A stretch of 54,522 nucleotides of DNA, taken from Deinococcales bacterium. Lineage in GTDB: Bacteria; Deinococcota; Deinococci; Deinococcales; JAAFIG01. The translations under genes were made by a program, and so were the position numbers. Below the pieces are notes generated by a model. The model was given only the letters and a program-made list of their open reading frames with translations. It did no database searches and was not told where the DNA came from. Shown here one piece after another: positions 19,888 to 29,972 of this stretch (position 1 is its first letter; each line of letters starts with the position of its first letter). Where the stretch lies: assembly GCA_031414595.1 (NCBI GenBank), contig JANNVX010000093.1:1-54522 (forward strand), read 5' to 3'.

Positions 19888-21132
19888 ATGAAACCACAAA
19901 CAATGGCAGAAAAAATTTTATCCAAAAAAGGCAACAAAACTGTCTACGCCCTCGAGTTAGCGGTGGTTGAGGTGGACAATGTAATGATTGTAGACAGCAT
20001 TGCCGAAAGTGTAATTGAAATTTTAGAAACAGAATTACAGGCTGCCCCCAAATATCCAGAGCGGGTCAGTATTGTCATAGACCATGTTGCCCCAGCTTCA
20101 AGTGTCAATGTCGCAAAATCGCATCAAGTGAGCCGTAAATTTGCAGCCGAAACGGGCGTAAAGCTCTTTGATGTCGGACGCGGCATCTGTCATCAGGTTT
20201 TAATCGAGGAGCGCCTAGCCTTTCCGGGTGCGATAGTTCTAGGTTCGGATTCACACAGCACCACATATGGCGCAGTTGCCGCTTTTGGCACGGGCATGGG
20301 TGCAACCGATATTGCTCTGGCGGCTGCCAGTGGTAAAACTTGGTTAAAAGTTCCAGAAAGCGTCAAAGTGACACTGGTCAACCAACCCATTGGTGATGTC
20401 AGTGCCAAGGATATTGCCCTCGAGATGATCAGGATTTTAACAGCCGACGGCGCGACCTATATGGCAATCGAAATTCACGCTGGCGATATGTTCTCGAGGG
20501 GCGAACGGATGACTTTGGCAAACCTTTGTGTCGAAGCGGGCGCAAAAGCTGGAATGGTCGTGCCGGGCGGCGAAATACTAAGCATGTACGATGTTCCAGA
20601 TTGGGTTTACCCCGACCAAGGCGCAAGTTATGTCAAAGAAATTACGATTGACTGCGCGGTATTAACCCCACGCATCAGCGTCCCAAGTTATGTGGATAAT
20701 GTCGAAAGCGTCTCGAGTTTACGCGGCAAACGAGTAGACCAAGTGTTTATTGGCACTTGCACCAACGGGCGGCTCGAGGATTTACAAATTGCGGCTGCGA
20801 TTCTAAAAGGTCACAAAGTGGCTAGTCATACGCGCTTGTTGGTCATTCCAGCCAGTTCAGAAGTTCTCGAGGCTGCCATGCAGGACGGCACACTGCTAAC
20901 CATTATTCAAGCAGGAGGCACACTCTCCACGCCCGGTTGTGGTCCGTGCATGGGCAGACACCAAGGGGTTCTTGCCCCTGGTGAGGTCTGTGTTAGCACC
21001 AGCAACCGAAATTTCATTGGACGCATGGGCGATAAAGATGCCGAAATTTACCTTGCCAGTCCAGCCGTAGCTGCTGCGACTGCGATTATGGGTAGTATTG
21101 CGCTCCCATCAGATATTACAAGCCAGCTATGA
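19888..21132 (+). CDS. lysT: Homoaconitase large subunit (LeuC-like, Thermus LysT type)
   Basis: QTMAEKILS, PERVSIVIDHVAP, GSDSHS, GTCTNGR, CGPCMG. Confidence 0.8.
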   Translation: MKPQTMAEKILSKKGNKTVYALELAVVEVDNVMIVDSIAESVIEILETELQAAPKYPERVSIVIDHVAPASSVNVAKSHQVSRKFAAETGVKLFDVGRGICHQVLIEERLAFPGAIVLGSDSHSTTYGAVAAFGTGMGATDIALAAASGKTWLKVPESVKVTLVNQPIGDVSAKDIALEMIRILTADGATYMAIEIHAGDMFSRGERMTLANLCVEAGAKAGMVVPGGEILSMYDVPDWVYPDQGASYVKEITIDCAVLTPRISVPSYVDNVESVSSLRGKRVDQVFIGTCTNGRLEDLQIAAAILKGHKVASHTRLLVIPASSEVLEAAMQDGTLLTIIQAGGTLSTPGCGPCMGRHQGVLAPGEVCVSTSNRNFIGRMGDKDAEIYLASPAVAAATAIMGSIALPSDITSQL

Positions 21133-21668
21133 TAGAGCGCTTTGGACATATTCTAGGTGGTATTGCTTCGGGTCGAGATGAAACGTTCAATTATCACGGG
21201 GAGAACACTTCAACTCGATTCACACTGGAATCAAGACGAGGCATAAGTGGTCGGCTTTTGGTTTTTGGAAGTTTAACGCTTTTACCTGCTGGTATTAGTT
21301 GGTTCGGTTTTGAATCATTTCTTGGTATTGCCCTTGGAGGATTGTGGCTTTTCTGGCTACTTTTACAAGAATGGCTTTATCCTTTAAGTATCTTTGTAAT
21401 TGCGGAACCAGAAAAAAACCTTATTGAAATCACCACCTATAGAATTATAGCCAAACAAATTCGACGACTCAGACTAGATACTTTCAATTTTCTTGAAGTT
21501 TCCGCCGATTTTACACAAGCTCCAACTGCATCTGGTCTCTTTCAATTCATTCTTTACTCGAGATACGAGCGATTACCAATCTCACTCTTTATAACAGTGA
21601 CAGAAAAAGATTTATATTATCTTGAACAAGACATTAGAAACAGGCTCGGACTCAAAAAAAATAGTTGA
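21129..21668 (+). CDS. Hypothetical membrane protein (AT-rich)
   Basis: ATGA overlap with upstream gene; two TM segments. Confidence 0.55.
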   Translation: MIERFGHILGGIASGRDETFNYHGENTSTRFTLESRRGISGRLLVFGSLTLLPAGISWFGFESFLGIALGGLWLFWLLLQEWLYPLSIFVIAEPEKNLIEITTYRIIAKQIRRLRLDTFNFLEVSADFTQAPTASGLFQFILYSRYERLPISLFITVTEKDLYYLEQDIRNRLGLKKNS

Positions 21669-21859
21669 GTGGCTCGGAATTCGCTGATCATATTCCTATT
21701 ACCACTGTGTTAGCTGATTCCTTACTCGAGAAAAAACTTGCACTATATCGAGCTTAGCTGATTTTTGGTCTTGGTCTACAAGAGCTTTGCAGGACAATAC
21801 GAGTTTTACTTGAGAAATGTTCCGAACTATTAGAGTATGACACTGTTTCTCTAACCCTA

Positions 21860-22438
21860 TTACCGAATCACACCTAAGACTTTACTGCTGTCGGCTCGAG
21901 CCGCCTCGCTGGTGCTGTAATTTCCAACCAGTACCCGATAAATTCTGTCTTCGCCTTGGACAACTCGAGCCGTTAAGCCACTGGCTTGGATTTTACTTTG
22001 CAAGGCTTGGGCGTTACTTTCGGTGCGAAAAGCTCCTGCTTGAACTCGCCATGAACCAGCATCTTGTCGTACCGTTAAATTGGGTGTGCTTGGTGGAATT
22101 TCTCGAGTTGGTTCTGGTGATTCTCGAGTGACCACTGGTTTTTCTATGTCTCGAGTCAGTAAGGGTTTTTCTGGGACTTGAGTTGTTACTATTGCCACAT
22201 CTCGAGTTGGTGCTTTAATAATTGGTGTCCGACGAGGTTCAATCGGTTTTGTTAGGCGTGGCTTGATGCTGGATACTGGCGTGTTAATCGCTTGTACATT
22301 TGGCGCGGGTTGCTCGAGTTGACTTGGTAATGGTGTGACTGGCTCGAGTTGTACCACTTGGCTTGGGGCTGGTTGCAGTAACACATATGCGCCTGTGCCA
22401 AATCCTAGTAATGCAATGAGTAACAGTATTCTTTTCAC
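21860..22438 (-). CDS. SPOR domain protein
   Basis: N-terminal anchor, Pro-rich linker, WRVQAGAF..YRVLVG. Confidence 0.85.
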   Translation of the reverse strand: MKRILLLIALLGFGTGAYVLLQPAPSQVVQLEPVTPLPSQLEQPAPNVQAINTPVSSIKPRLTKPIEPRRTPIIKAPTRDVAIVTTQVPEKPLLTRDIEKPVVTRESPEPTREIPPSTPNLTVRQDAGSWRVQAGAFRTESNAQALQSKIQASGLTARVVQGEDRIYRVLVGNYSTSEAARADSSKVLGVIR

Positions 22439-22449
22439 TAATGTTTATT

Positions 22450-22860
22450 TTACGCGAAATCTTGCCAGTGCGCTGGGGTTTTTTTAGCCATACGAAATTT
22501 CTCGAGTTGCTGCCTATCCCATTCTATCAGCGTTTGGTCATTGGCTTGGCTTTCTAAATGGTGTTGTAATTCGTGGGTTAGGGTTTCCCAGAGTTGTTCT
22601 TCCCAGTCAAAACTTGGGTTGTGTTGGGCGACTGCCACAAAACTTCCATAGTAAATGTTGATGTGTCTGCCAATGTGAATTCTCGAGTCCATAAAGCTCT
22701 CAAAGCCGGGGTCGAGATATTCGCCCATGCGGACTAAGCCTTGTTGTGGGTCGCCTTTGCGTTCCTCAAAGCAATGTACGCCTTGTAGGTTTTTGAAGTA
22801 ATGCTCAGGGATAATTTCAATCATTTCTTGCAAGCGATTTTCAAATTGATGGTAGTTCAT
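22450..22860 (-). CDS. Zincin-like metallopeptidase family protein
   Basis: IYYGSF..ETLTHELQHH. Confidence 0.75.
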   Translation of the reverse strand: MNYHQFENRLQEMIEIIPEHYFKNLQGVHCFEERKGDPQQGLVRMGEYLDPGFESFMDSRIHIGRHINIYYGSFVAVAQHNPSFDWEEQLWETLTHELQHHLESQANDQTLIEWDRQQLEKFRMAKKTPAHWQDFA

Positions 22861-22930
22861 TATATGAGTGTACTAGACTCAAGTGAGTTGAGTGTGTATT
22901 TTCTAAAACCTTATGTTAAAGTTAAGCATT

Positions 22931-24610
22931 ATGACCAAAAAAGATGCCGTCAAAGCCCTTGGATTTACGAGCAGTCTACTCGAATTAATCGGTGAGAACG
23001 AATTTCGTGCCAAAGCCTACCAAACCGCCGAACGAGCGCTCGATAACCTAAGCGGCGATTGGGAAACGCTGGTCGAGAAGGGTTTTACAGGAGTGCGAGG
23101 CATCGGTAAGCAACTGGCAACTGATTTAAGCCAGTATCATGCAGTTGGTACATTCGCGCCACTCGAGGAACTCAAAGCCCAAATTCCAAGCGGGGTTCTT
23201 GAGTTATTTCGGGTGCGGGGCTTGGGGGCTAAAAAAATTCGTACTCTTTGGGATGCAGGGATTATTGAACTGGATGCACTTATTCGTACTGCTCAGGCTG
23301 GTGAACTCGCGGCACTGAAAGGTTTTGGAGCGGGTTCGCAAAAAACCATTCTCGAGAATGCCGAATTTGCGGTGCTGTCCTCCGAACGGCGATTATTACA
23401 AGATGCACAATCAGCTTTTCTTAAACTGAAGGCACTGTTTCCAAGTTCAATTCAACTCGAGGCAGGTGGAAGTCTAAGCCGTCATCTCGAGACAATTGGC
23501 GATTTAGATGTGCTGGCATTGGGCGATAAAGACCAAATTCTTATGGTTCTAAATCAGTTCCAGGCTGTTCCAGACCAGACGTACCCGCATTTATTTTCGT
23601 TTTCTTTCGAGGGCTTTAATGTGCAGTTGGCGATTGCGTCTGATGTGACTTTGGGAGCAACCCAATTTGTGATGCGTGGTTCTAAGTCGTTTCTCGAGAT
23701 AGCCAAAAGCCAAGCCAACAGCAAAGGTCTTACCCTCTCGAGTCAAGGGGTGTTTCAAAATTCCGTACTCGTTCCCACGCCATCCGAAACCGATGTTTTT
23801 AGGTTGCTCGAGATACCATATGCACCACCTGTGCTGCGTGAAGCTGAACATTTGGGAAAGAGTTTACCCACTGATTTACCAAAACAATCTGAACTGATCG
23901 GAATGCTCCATGTTCACACCAATGCCTCGGATGGTTCGCACAATCTGCGCGAAATGGCATTGGCGGCTAAAAGTCTTGGTGTGAGCTACTTGGGTATTTG
24001 TGACCACTCGAGAAGCGCTTTTTATGCTAATGGACTGAGTATTGAACGGGTTAAAAACCAGTGGCTAGAAATTGAAAGCCTAAACGCCGAACTCGAGGGC
24101 ATAACCATTCTCAAAGGTATTGAATCCGATATTTTATCAGGTGGCAGCCTTGATTATCCAGATGAGATTTTAAGTGGTTTTGATTTTATCGTCTCGAGTA
24201 TTCACAGCCAATTTACCTTGTCTTATGCGGCACAAACAACACGTTTAATCAAGGCTGTGCAGAATCCGTTCACCACAATTCTTGGGCATCCTACTGGGCG
24301 TTTGCTGTTGCGTCGTCCAAGTTACGATTTTGATATGAATGCAGTTCTCGAGGCAGCCTTAGAAGCTGGCACAGTGATTGAAATAAACGCCAATCCAAAT
24401 CGCTTGGACTTGGATTGGCGAATTGTTCTCGAGCATCCCAAGAATTTATATGCGGTCAACACCGACGCGCACAGCACCGCAGGGTACTTGGATTTAATTT
24501 ATGGGGTACAGGCTGCACAAAAAGGCGGGGTGACTTCGGGGCGCTGTATTAACACTTGGTCAGTTCAAAAATTCCTCGAGTTTGCTTTGGCTAAACGCCT
24601 CAGAAGTTAA
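22931..24610 (+). CDS. polX: DNA polymerase X / PHP exonuclease
   Basis: GENEFRAKAY, HhH motifs, GDLD, PHP motifs HVHT..SDG, DHS, HPTGR, TDAH. Confidence 0.92.
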   Translation: MTKKDAVKALGFTSSLLELIGENEFRAKAYQTAERALDNLSGDWETLVEKGFTGVRGIGKQLATDLSQYHAVGTFAPLEELKAQIPSGVLELFRVRGLGAKKIRTLWDAGIIELDALIRTAQAGELAALKGFGAGSQKTILENAEFAVLSSERRLLQDAQSAFLKLKALFPSSIQLEAGGSLSRHLETIGDLDVLALGDKDQILMVLNQFQAVPDQTYPHLFSFSFEGFNVQLAIASDVTLGATQFVMRGSKSFLEIAKSQANSKGLTLSSQGVFQNSVLVPTPSETDVFRLLEIPYAPPVLREAEHLGKSLPTDLPKQSELIGMLHVHTNASDGSHNLREMALAAKSLGVSYLGICDHSRSAFYANGLSIERVKNQWLEIESLNAELEGITILKGIESDILSGGSLDYPDEILSGFDFIVSSIHSQFTLSYAAQTTRLIKAVQNPFTTILGHPTGRLLLRRPSYDFDMNAVLEAALEAGTVIEINANPNRLDLDWRIVLEHPKNLYAVNTDAHSTAGYLDLIYGVQAAQKGGVTSGRCINTWSVQKFLEFALAKRLRS

Positions 24611-25028
24611 TCTCGAGCTTAAAGCGTCCGCTTTTGCCTTCGGCATCAAATTTAAGCCTAAAGTCACGTCCATTTTGGTGATAAGTGGCTTCTAGCTTGG
24701 TAGTTTTGGTTTTATAATCCAGTGCGGTGCGCTGCCAACCTTTGCTGCTCAGTTGCTGATGGATATAAGCATAAATATCGTCAAAATCGGCACGGCTTTC
24801 AAAAACCACTTTACTCGAGCCGTCACGTTCGCTGCTGTAATCCACCAACGTCGAATTGACATATGGGGCTAAACCAATCTGGGCATTCCAAGTGATGCTT
24901 TGCCCTCCACTTGGGGCTGGGCTTGGTGGGGGTTGGGCGGTCACGGCTGGTACGGGCGCACCTCGAGAATTGACCACAGTACAAGCCGAGAATACAGCAA
25001 GTAATAGAATTCCAAACAGGATTTTCAT
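24600..25028 (-). CDS. Hypothetical lipoprotein
   Basis: FSAC lipobox. Confidence 0.65.
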   Translation of the reverse strand: MKILFGILLLAVFSACTVVNSRGAPVPAVTAQPPPSPAPSGGQSITWNAQIGLAPYVNSTLVDYSSERDGSSKVVFESRADFDDIYAYIHQQLSSKGWQRTALDYKTKTTKLEATYHQNGRDFRLKFDAEGKSGRFKLEINF

Positions 25029-25159
25029 GTGCTTACTTTACTGGGTTTGCAGATGTTCGTCAAAGCCAAATACGGCAAACTCTGTTTTGATAAAGCCGCG
25101 CCATTTAGGTTCTATCATCTCGAGCGGCAAACAATGCCCAGTAGTCTTTTAGCCACATT

Positions 25160-25438
25160 TTAGTAGACAAAAAAACCTGTTAAACCAGTGGCTTCTGCCC
25201 ATTGTGTTTCTACGTTTTTAACCACAGCATGGGTTGAACCTTTTTTTAAGTGGTGCAGCAGTTGCTCAAGTTCGGTTTTTTCACCTTCAGCAATCACTTC
25301 GACCCGCCCATCTGATAAGTTCTCGATATAACCACTTAATCGCAGCATTTCGGCTTGGCGTTGCACAAATCGGCGATACCCAACACCTTGAACTTGCCCT
25401 GTAATCAGGGCAGTCAGGCGTAAAATTGTTTCGGACAT
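25160..25438 (-). CDS. acyP: Acylphosphatase
   Basis: [21 protein letters not shown]. Confidence 0.92.
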   Translation of the reverse strand: MSETILRLTALITGQVQGVGYRRFVQRQAEMLRLSGYIENLSDGRVEVIAEGEKTELEQLLHHLKKGSTHAVVKNVETQWAEATGLTGFFVY

Positions 25439-25870
25439 TTACAAGGCTTGGCGCAACAACGCCACCACGGGTTCAAAACCGACTTTCCGAGCTAGGGAAA
25501 TACTGGCAGCGTTCTCAGGGTGGGTTTTAATCAAGCTGCTGCGAGCGCCACGGGACTTGGCTTCGGTTAGCCCAGCCTCGAGTAATTGCGTGGCAACACC
25601 ATTTTTGCGGGCATTGGGTTCGACATAGTACGCCACCGACATTTCATCAGGATTTTCGGCGACCCACCATGAAACACCAAGCAACTGACCGTTGTCTTCA
25701 GCAATATGGGCAAATCCTTCGGCTGCCACATTCTCGAGGACACGATCCACGGCTAACTCGAGTGAACTGTTGCCTTTGGCAATCAAACGCGGGTACTCGT
25801 GATACGCCGCTTGAATAGAGGTCTTGAGGTAACTTTCATCGTTAATTGAAGCTAAGCGAATCTGATTCAT
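25439..25870 (-). CDS. GNAT family N-acetyltransferase
   Basis: VEPNARKNGVATQLL, NAASISLARKVGF. Confidence 0.85.
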   Translation of the reverse strand: MNQIRLASINDESYLKTSIQAAYHEYPRLIAKGNSSLELAVDRVLENVAAEGFAHIAEDNGQLLGVSWWVAENPDEMSVAYYVEPNARKNGVATQLLEAGLTEAKSRGARSSLIKTHPENAASISLARKVGFEPVVALLRQAL

Positions 25871-26013
25871 TCCGTACAGGATTCTACACCTATTGGAGAG
25901 GTCGTGGTGTGACGAATTGGCTTAATTTCTTTTAGGCGTTTACAGCATTTTTAGATTCCATTTAGACAAGACTGGTCATAATTTCAACTAAAAATGCTGT
26001 TCTGTTCATACTG

Positions 26014-26049
26014 GCAAATTCGGAAATTCTAAAAAATTTCCGAATTTGC
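26014..26049. terminator. Terminator hairpin after the large lipoprotein gene
   Basis: GCAAATTCGGAAATT-ctaaaa-AATTTCCGAATTTGC. Confidence 0.7.
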
Positions 26050-26053
26050 TGTA

Positions 26054-28843
26054 TTAAGGGAAAACACTGAGCGTTCCAGTAATAGCGGGTAAAGGTCCTG
26101 CTCCTCTCGAGAGGATGGTGCTGTTGATCCAAGCCCCTGTTTCAAAACGCTGGATTTCATGATTGAACGGCTCGAGTGCACTGTCGTATTGCCTGTACCA
26201 ACTTCCTGGTGTGTTGTTGAAATCCAGTCGTGTGTGGTTAAAAAATTCTTGGGTGTTCTGCCCGAGTGTCATTCCTAAAGCACTGTCATATGACACAAAG
26301 CCGTCGTGGTCTACCAGTCCATCACTGGTAAGGTTGACGGTTTGGGTTGGCAGTGGAATTTGGGCGCTCGAGTTGAGGGCTTCAAATCGCCAGTTGGCAG
26401 CGTTGGAACAGGTAGCAATGACCGCAATATCCGGGCGCAACAAGGCTGCCGCGAAATCAAGGCTGAGTTGAGTGGCTGCGGTTGCTAAAAGACCACCTCG
26501 AGTTTGTAGGTTGGTGGTCAATTGATTAAAGTTTTGGGTCGCAAAGGCTTCTATAGCTAAATCTATGGTACGAAAATTTTGGAGCATCGCATCCAGCAAA
26601 TACGGGTAATCAAGTAACCGAATGGTGGATAATGCCACTCCTGCCGTATTGCGACAGACCAAACCCGGAACACGAAAATTAACTGCTGTGCTTTGCATGT
26701 TCCAGCCTCTGGATAAATACACGGGTAAATCCAGAGTTACTTGATTGAGTGGCACACTGGTGGTGTTGCTCAGATAATTGACCAGTGCCGTGGCTGTGTT
26801 CCCACCGCTTAAGTCCCAAACTGCCCGAAAGCCAGCGTCCAGTGTAAAACTGCTGTTGCCAATAACTTGCGTAGTTTCCGAAAGCCAAGTCGTGGCTTTG
26901 ACCCGATCCAAACGATTCGCAAAACCATTTGGCGGTGTAGGCAAGAGTCCAAAACGGCGGGTGATTTGGTCAGTCAGGGTCAGTCCAACCAGCCAGAATT
27001 TGGCACGTTCGGTCATTTGGCGGTTTTTGAGGTCTGCAAAACGTCCAAGAACACGGTTCGGGTCTAGGCTCGAGAGAATATCCGAACCTGCACTTCGCGC
27101 TCCTGCTGCATAAATTGGAATCAGTCGGTTGGCAGCCCCCGGAATTGGGCTGTTGGCGGTGCGGCGTGCCAATTGCGGCGCAAGGGCAGTCTGGTTGAGT
27201 GTGCGCCAATTGCTGGTGATTAACTGTGCGGTCACGGGGTTATCATCGTAATTTTCGGCAATAATGCGGTCAAACCCAGCAATCAAGTCGTTTCTAAGTC
27301 GTTGCACCGTGAGCGCAACTGGCTCGAGAACATTGGCAATCGCACCAAACGCTAAGCTAGAAGCCAGTTGTTGCACCATCAGCACATCGGCAGCATCTAA
27401 GTTAAAACTGATTGCATTTTCGGGGATACCACCATTGACCAGCCAAGCCCGAATCTGAGCAGCTTTGCCGCGAGCCGCCAAGCCCCAATCGGCAAAGAAA
27501 CTGCCTTGGTGCGGACTGGCAAGGGTAATCAGGTACTGGGCGCGGTCGCGTAGATAATTCATTTTGCTGCGGACACCACCAGTTGTTTCCCAGTCGTTAA
27601 AAGCACTGCCTAAAATGTCTGGGAATACAGTTTGTAAACTGACCCTCGAGGGGCTGCTGAGGATGGCACGACCGACCAAGCCGCCACCGCTATGCCCAAC
27701 AAGCATCAGGTTGGGTTGGATTCGGTAACGCCGTTCATAGAGTTGGACACACTTAAAAATTTGTTCGGTTGCGTCCTTGAACTGCTGCACAAGACTCAGT
27801 TTGCCATCGCGGTGGGTTAGCAAAACCACCCGTGTTGGTGGCACAGGATCGCCTATTGGACGCGAAATTTCAGCTTGGGGGCTGATAAAATCGTCCAAAT
27901 TGCAATCGCTGGCGGGTGGAGCAACAAAGCCATTGGTGCTGGTGATGTCTTGGGCAGTATTGGTTTTTAAGAATTCATTGCCGCTAATTAACCTACCTGT
28001 CCCCAGGGTTTGCAAACTCGAGTCGGGTTGTCCACCAAACAACCTTGATACAAATGGTGCAGTCCAATAAGACCGAGCATGAAGCCGTGTTCCGGGGTGG
28101 GGTTTAAGCACCCGAGTGCCATTGACCGCCGTCAGGTCTTTGTCGGTGTTATCCTCGAGCGATTTACTACTTAATGCCTGATCGCCAACACCTGTTACGC
28201 CATGCAGCACCACCACAATATGGGGACTGACTCGAGGAATCACAAGCGGGGCGATGGTTGTCACACGTACCAAGGTCAGATTTGGCAAAAGCGGGGTTGT
28301 TCCTACCACTTGGGTGCTTGAGCTTGTTGGCGGATTGGCTACCCCGATTCGACTGTTGGTGCGGTTGCCATCTGCTGTGCCTACGCCAAACGTGCCTTGG
28401 CTTACGCCGTCGTTATCCACAATCAAACCGCCCAGATTGCCATCTTCGGTTTGGGTATACAGACCAGCCCCAGAATTTGGATTAACCCGTTTTGCTGCCC
28501 AAGTCAGACTGCTACCATCCTCGAGTTTCAGTGTTCCAACAGCGGTTTCACCATCAAAATTGCCTGCTACTTCTAAACCCTTGGCGTTGGCAGTGTTAGG
28601 AATTGTGCCACTCGAGCTAAGCGGCGCATCGAACACAGGGTAAAACCAAGCGGTGTGGCTTTGCCAAGTGTTTTCGCCACCGCAAGTGTAGACGACCATG
28701 CCATCTTCGTTTATCACCAGAGCAATCAGGGCATCGGTATTGGCAATTTTCCCCACAAAAACTGGGGTTGGCGGGGTTTGAACCACAGGTGGACAAGCTA
28801 TCAACACCAGACTTAAACCAATGAGCAGCAGTAAATTTCGCAT
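26054..28843 (-). CDS. Large lipoprotein with alpha/beta-hydrolase (lipase-like) domain
   Basis: LIAC lipobox; VVVLHG, LVGHSGGGLVGR, ITLASPHQGS, DHDGFV, NHE. Confidence 0.75.
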   Translation of the reverse strand: MRNLLLLIGLSLVLIACPPVVQTPPTPVFVGKIANTDALIALVINEDGMVVYTCGGENTWQSHTAWFYPVFDAPLSSSGTIPNTANAKGLEVAGNFDGETAVGTLKLEDGSSLTWAAKRVNPNSGAGLYTQTEDGNLGGLIVDNDGVSQGTFGVGTADGNRTNSRIGVANPPTSSSTQVVGTTPLLPNLTLVRVTTIAPLVIPRVSPHIVVVLHGVTGVGDQALSSKSLEDNTDKDLTAVNGTRVLKPHPGTRLHARSYWTAPFVSRLFGGQPDSSLQTLGTGRLISGNEFLKTNTAQDITSTNGFVAPPASDCNLDDFISPQAEISRPIGDPVPPTRVVLLTHRDGKLSLVQQFKDATEQIFKCVQLYERRYRIQPNLMLVGHSGGGLVGRAILSSPSRVSLQTVFPDILGSAFNDWETTGGVRSKMNYLRDRAQYLITLASPHQGSFFADWGLAARGKAAQIRAWLVNGGIPENAISFNLDAADVLMVQQLASSLAFGAIANVLEPVALTVQRLRNDLIAGFDRIIAENYDDNPVTAQLITSNWRTLNQTALAPQLARRTANSPIPGAANRLIPIYAAGARSAGSDILSSLDPNRVLGRFADLKNRQMTERAKFWLVGLTLTDQITRRFGLLPTPPNGFANRLDRVKATTWLSETTQVIGNSSFTLDAGFRAVWDLSGGNTATALVNYLSNTTSVPLNQVTLDLPVYLSRGWNMQSTAVNFRVPGLVCRNTAGVALSTIRLLDYPYLLDAMLQNFRTIDLAIEAFATQNFNQLTTNLQTRGGLLATAATQLSLDFAAALLRPDIAVIATCSNAANWRFEALNSSAQIPLPTQTVNLTSDGLVDHDGFVSYDSALGMTLGQNTQEFFNHTRLDFNNTPGSWYRQYDSALEPFNHEIQRFETGAWINSTILSRGAGPLPAITGTLSVFP

Positions 28844-29063
28844 AATTGTCTCCTCTGGGTTTGATCATACGCAGCAGCCGTCTCAACAGCGTCTCAAGTG
28901 ATATAGCAGAATCGGTCACACAGCGCCACCAAAAGCGCATTGGTCGAGATTACAAAGCTCAAGCAAGGACGGCAAAACTACAAAACCAAGCCCGAGGAAA
29001 GTAAAGTCCGCCCAAAGCCTTGCGAGAAACGTCTCGAGCTACCCGTTTTAGGTTTCTTTTTTG

Positions 29064-29903
29064 CTAAATTTTTGCCTTAAAAGTATCGCATTGGTCTGGG
29101 CTTCCACCTTGCAAACCACGTACAAACCATTGTTGACGCTGGGCGGCACTGCCGTGGGTAAAGGTGTGCGGATTGGCAACCCGCCCAGCTTGCTGTTGTA
29201 ATACATCGTCACCAATTTCAGCCGCCGTCTCGAGGGCAGCCCGGATTTCGGTTTCGGTGATATTGGCACTTTGGTCTTTGGCGGTGGCGTTACCCCAAAT
29301 TCCCGCAAAACAATCGGCTTGGAGTTCTAAACGCACCGAAAGGTTATTACTTGTGACTTTATCAGACCGAGCGCGTTGTTCACGAACCTTACCTGAAATT
29401 CCAAGAATGTGCTGCACATGATGCCCGACTTCGTGTGCCAAAACATAGGCTTGGGCAAAATCAGAATTGCTTGTGCCGCGTAATTCTTGGAAAAACTGCA
29501 TATCAATGTAAATGGTTTGGTCTAAGGAACAGTAAAAAGGTCCCATGGCAGCTTCGGCAGCCCCACATCCACTTTGGTCTGAGCCAGAAAAAAGTACCAG
29601 TTTAGGCGCTTGGTAGGTCTCCCCTGCTTGCTTAAAAATTGCGCCCCAGACATCCTCGGTTTTGCCTAGGATACTCTCGGCAAATTGGCGGTCACGGTCG
29701 TTGAGGTTAGCGCTTCCGGTACTCGAGACTCGAGGGCTAGTTCCACCAAGTAAACCCAGCACTTGGGCTGGATTGACCCCAAAGACCAGACTGGCAATCA
29801 CAGCAATAATAATTCCGCCAATGCCAAGTCCGCCAGCCCGTGCTGCCCCGCCACCACGTCGGTCTTCGACATTGCCACTTTTACGGAAATTTTTCCAATT
29901 CAT
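29064..29903 (-). CDS. Neutral zinc metallopeptidase (YpfJ family)
   Basis: SGNVEDRRG, GPFYC, AHEVGHHVQ, ELQADC, THGSAAQR. Confidence 0.9.
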   Translation of the reverse strand: MNWKNFRKSGNVEDRRGGGAARAGGLGIGGIIIAVIASLVFGVNPAQVLGLLGGTSPRVSSTGSANLNDRDRQFAESILGKTEDVWGAIFKQAGETYQAPKLVLFSGSDQSGCGAAEAAMGPFYCSLDQTIYIDMQFFQELRGTSNSDFAQAYVLAHEVGHHVQHILGISGKVREQRARSDKVTSNNLSVRLELQADCFAGIWGNATAKDQSANITETEIRAALETAAEIGDDVLQQQAGRVANPHTFTHGSAAQRQQWFVRGLQGGSPDQCDTFKAKI

Positions 29904-29972
29904 GGGCGGATTGTAGCTTAAAAACAGCTTAAAGGCAATTTTGCTTTTTGTTGTTTTAAGGTAGTATCGGGT

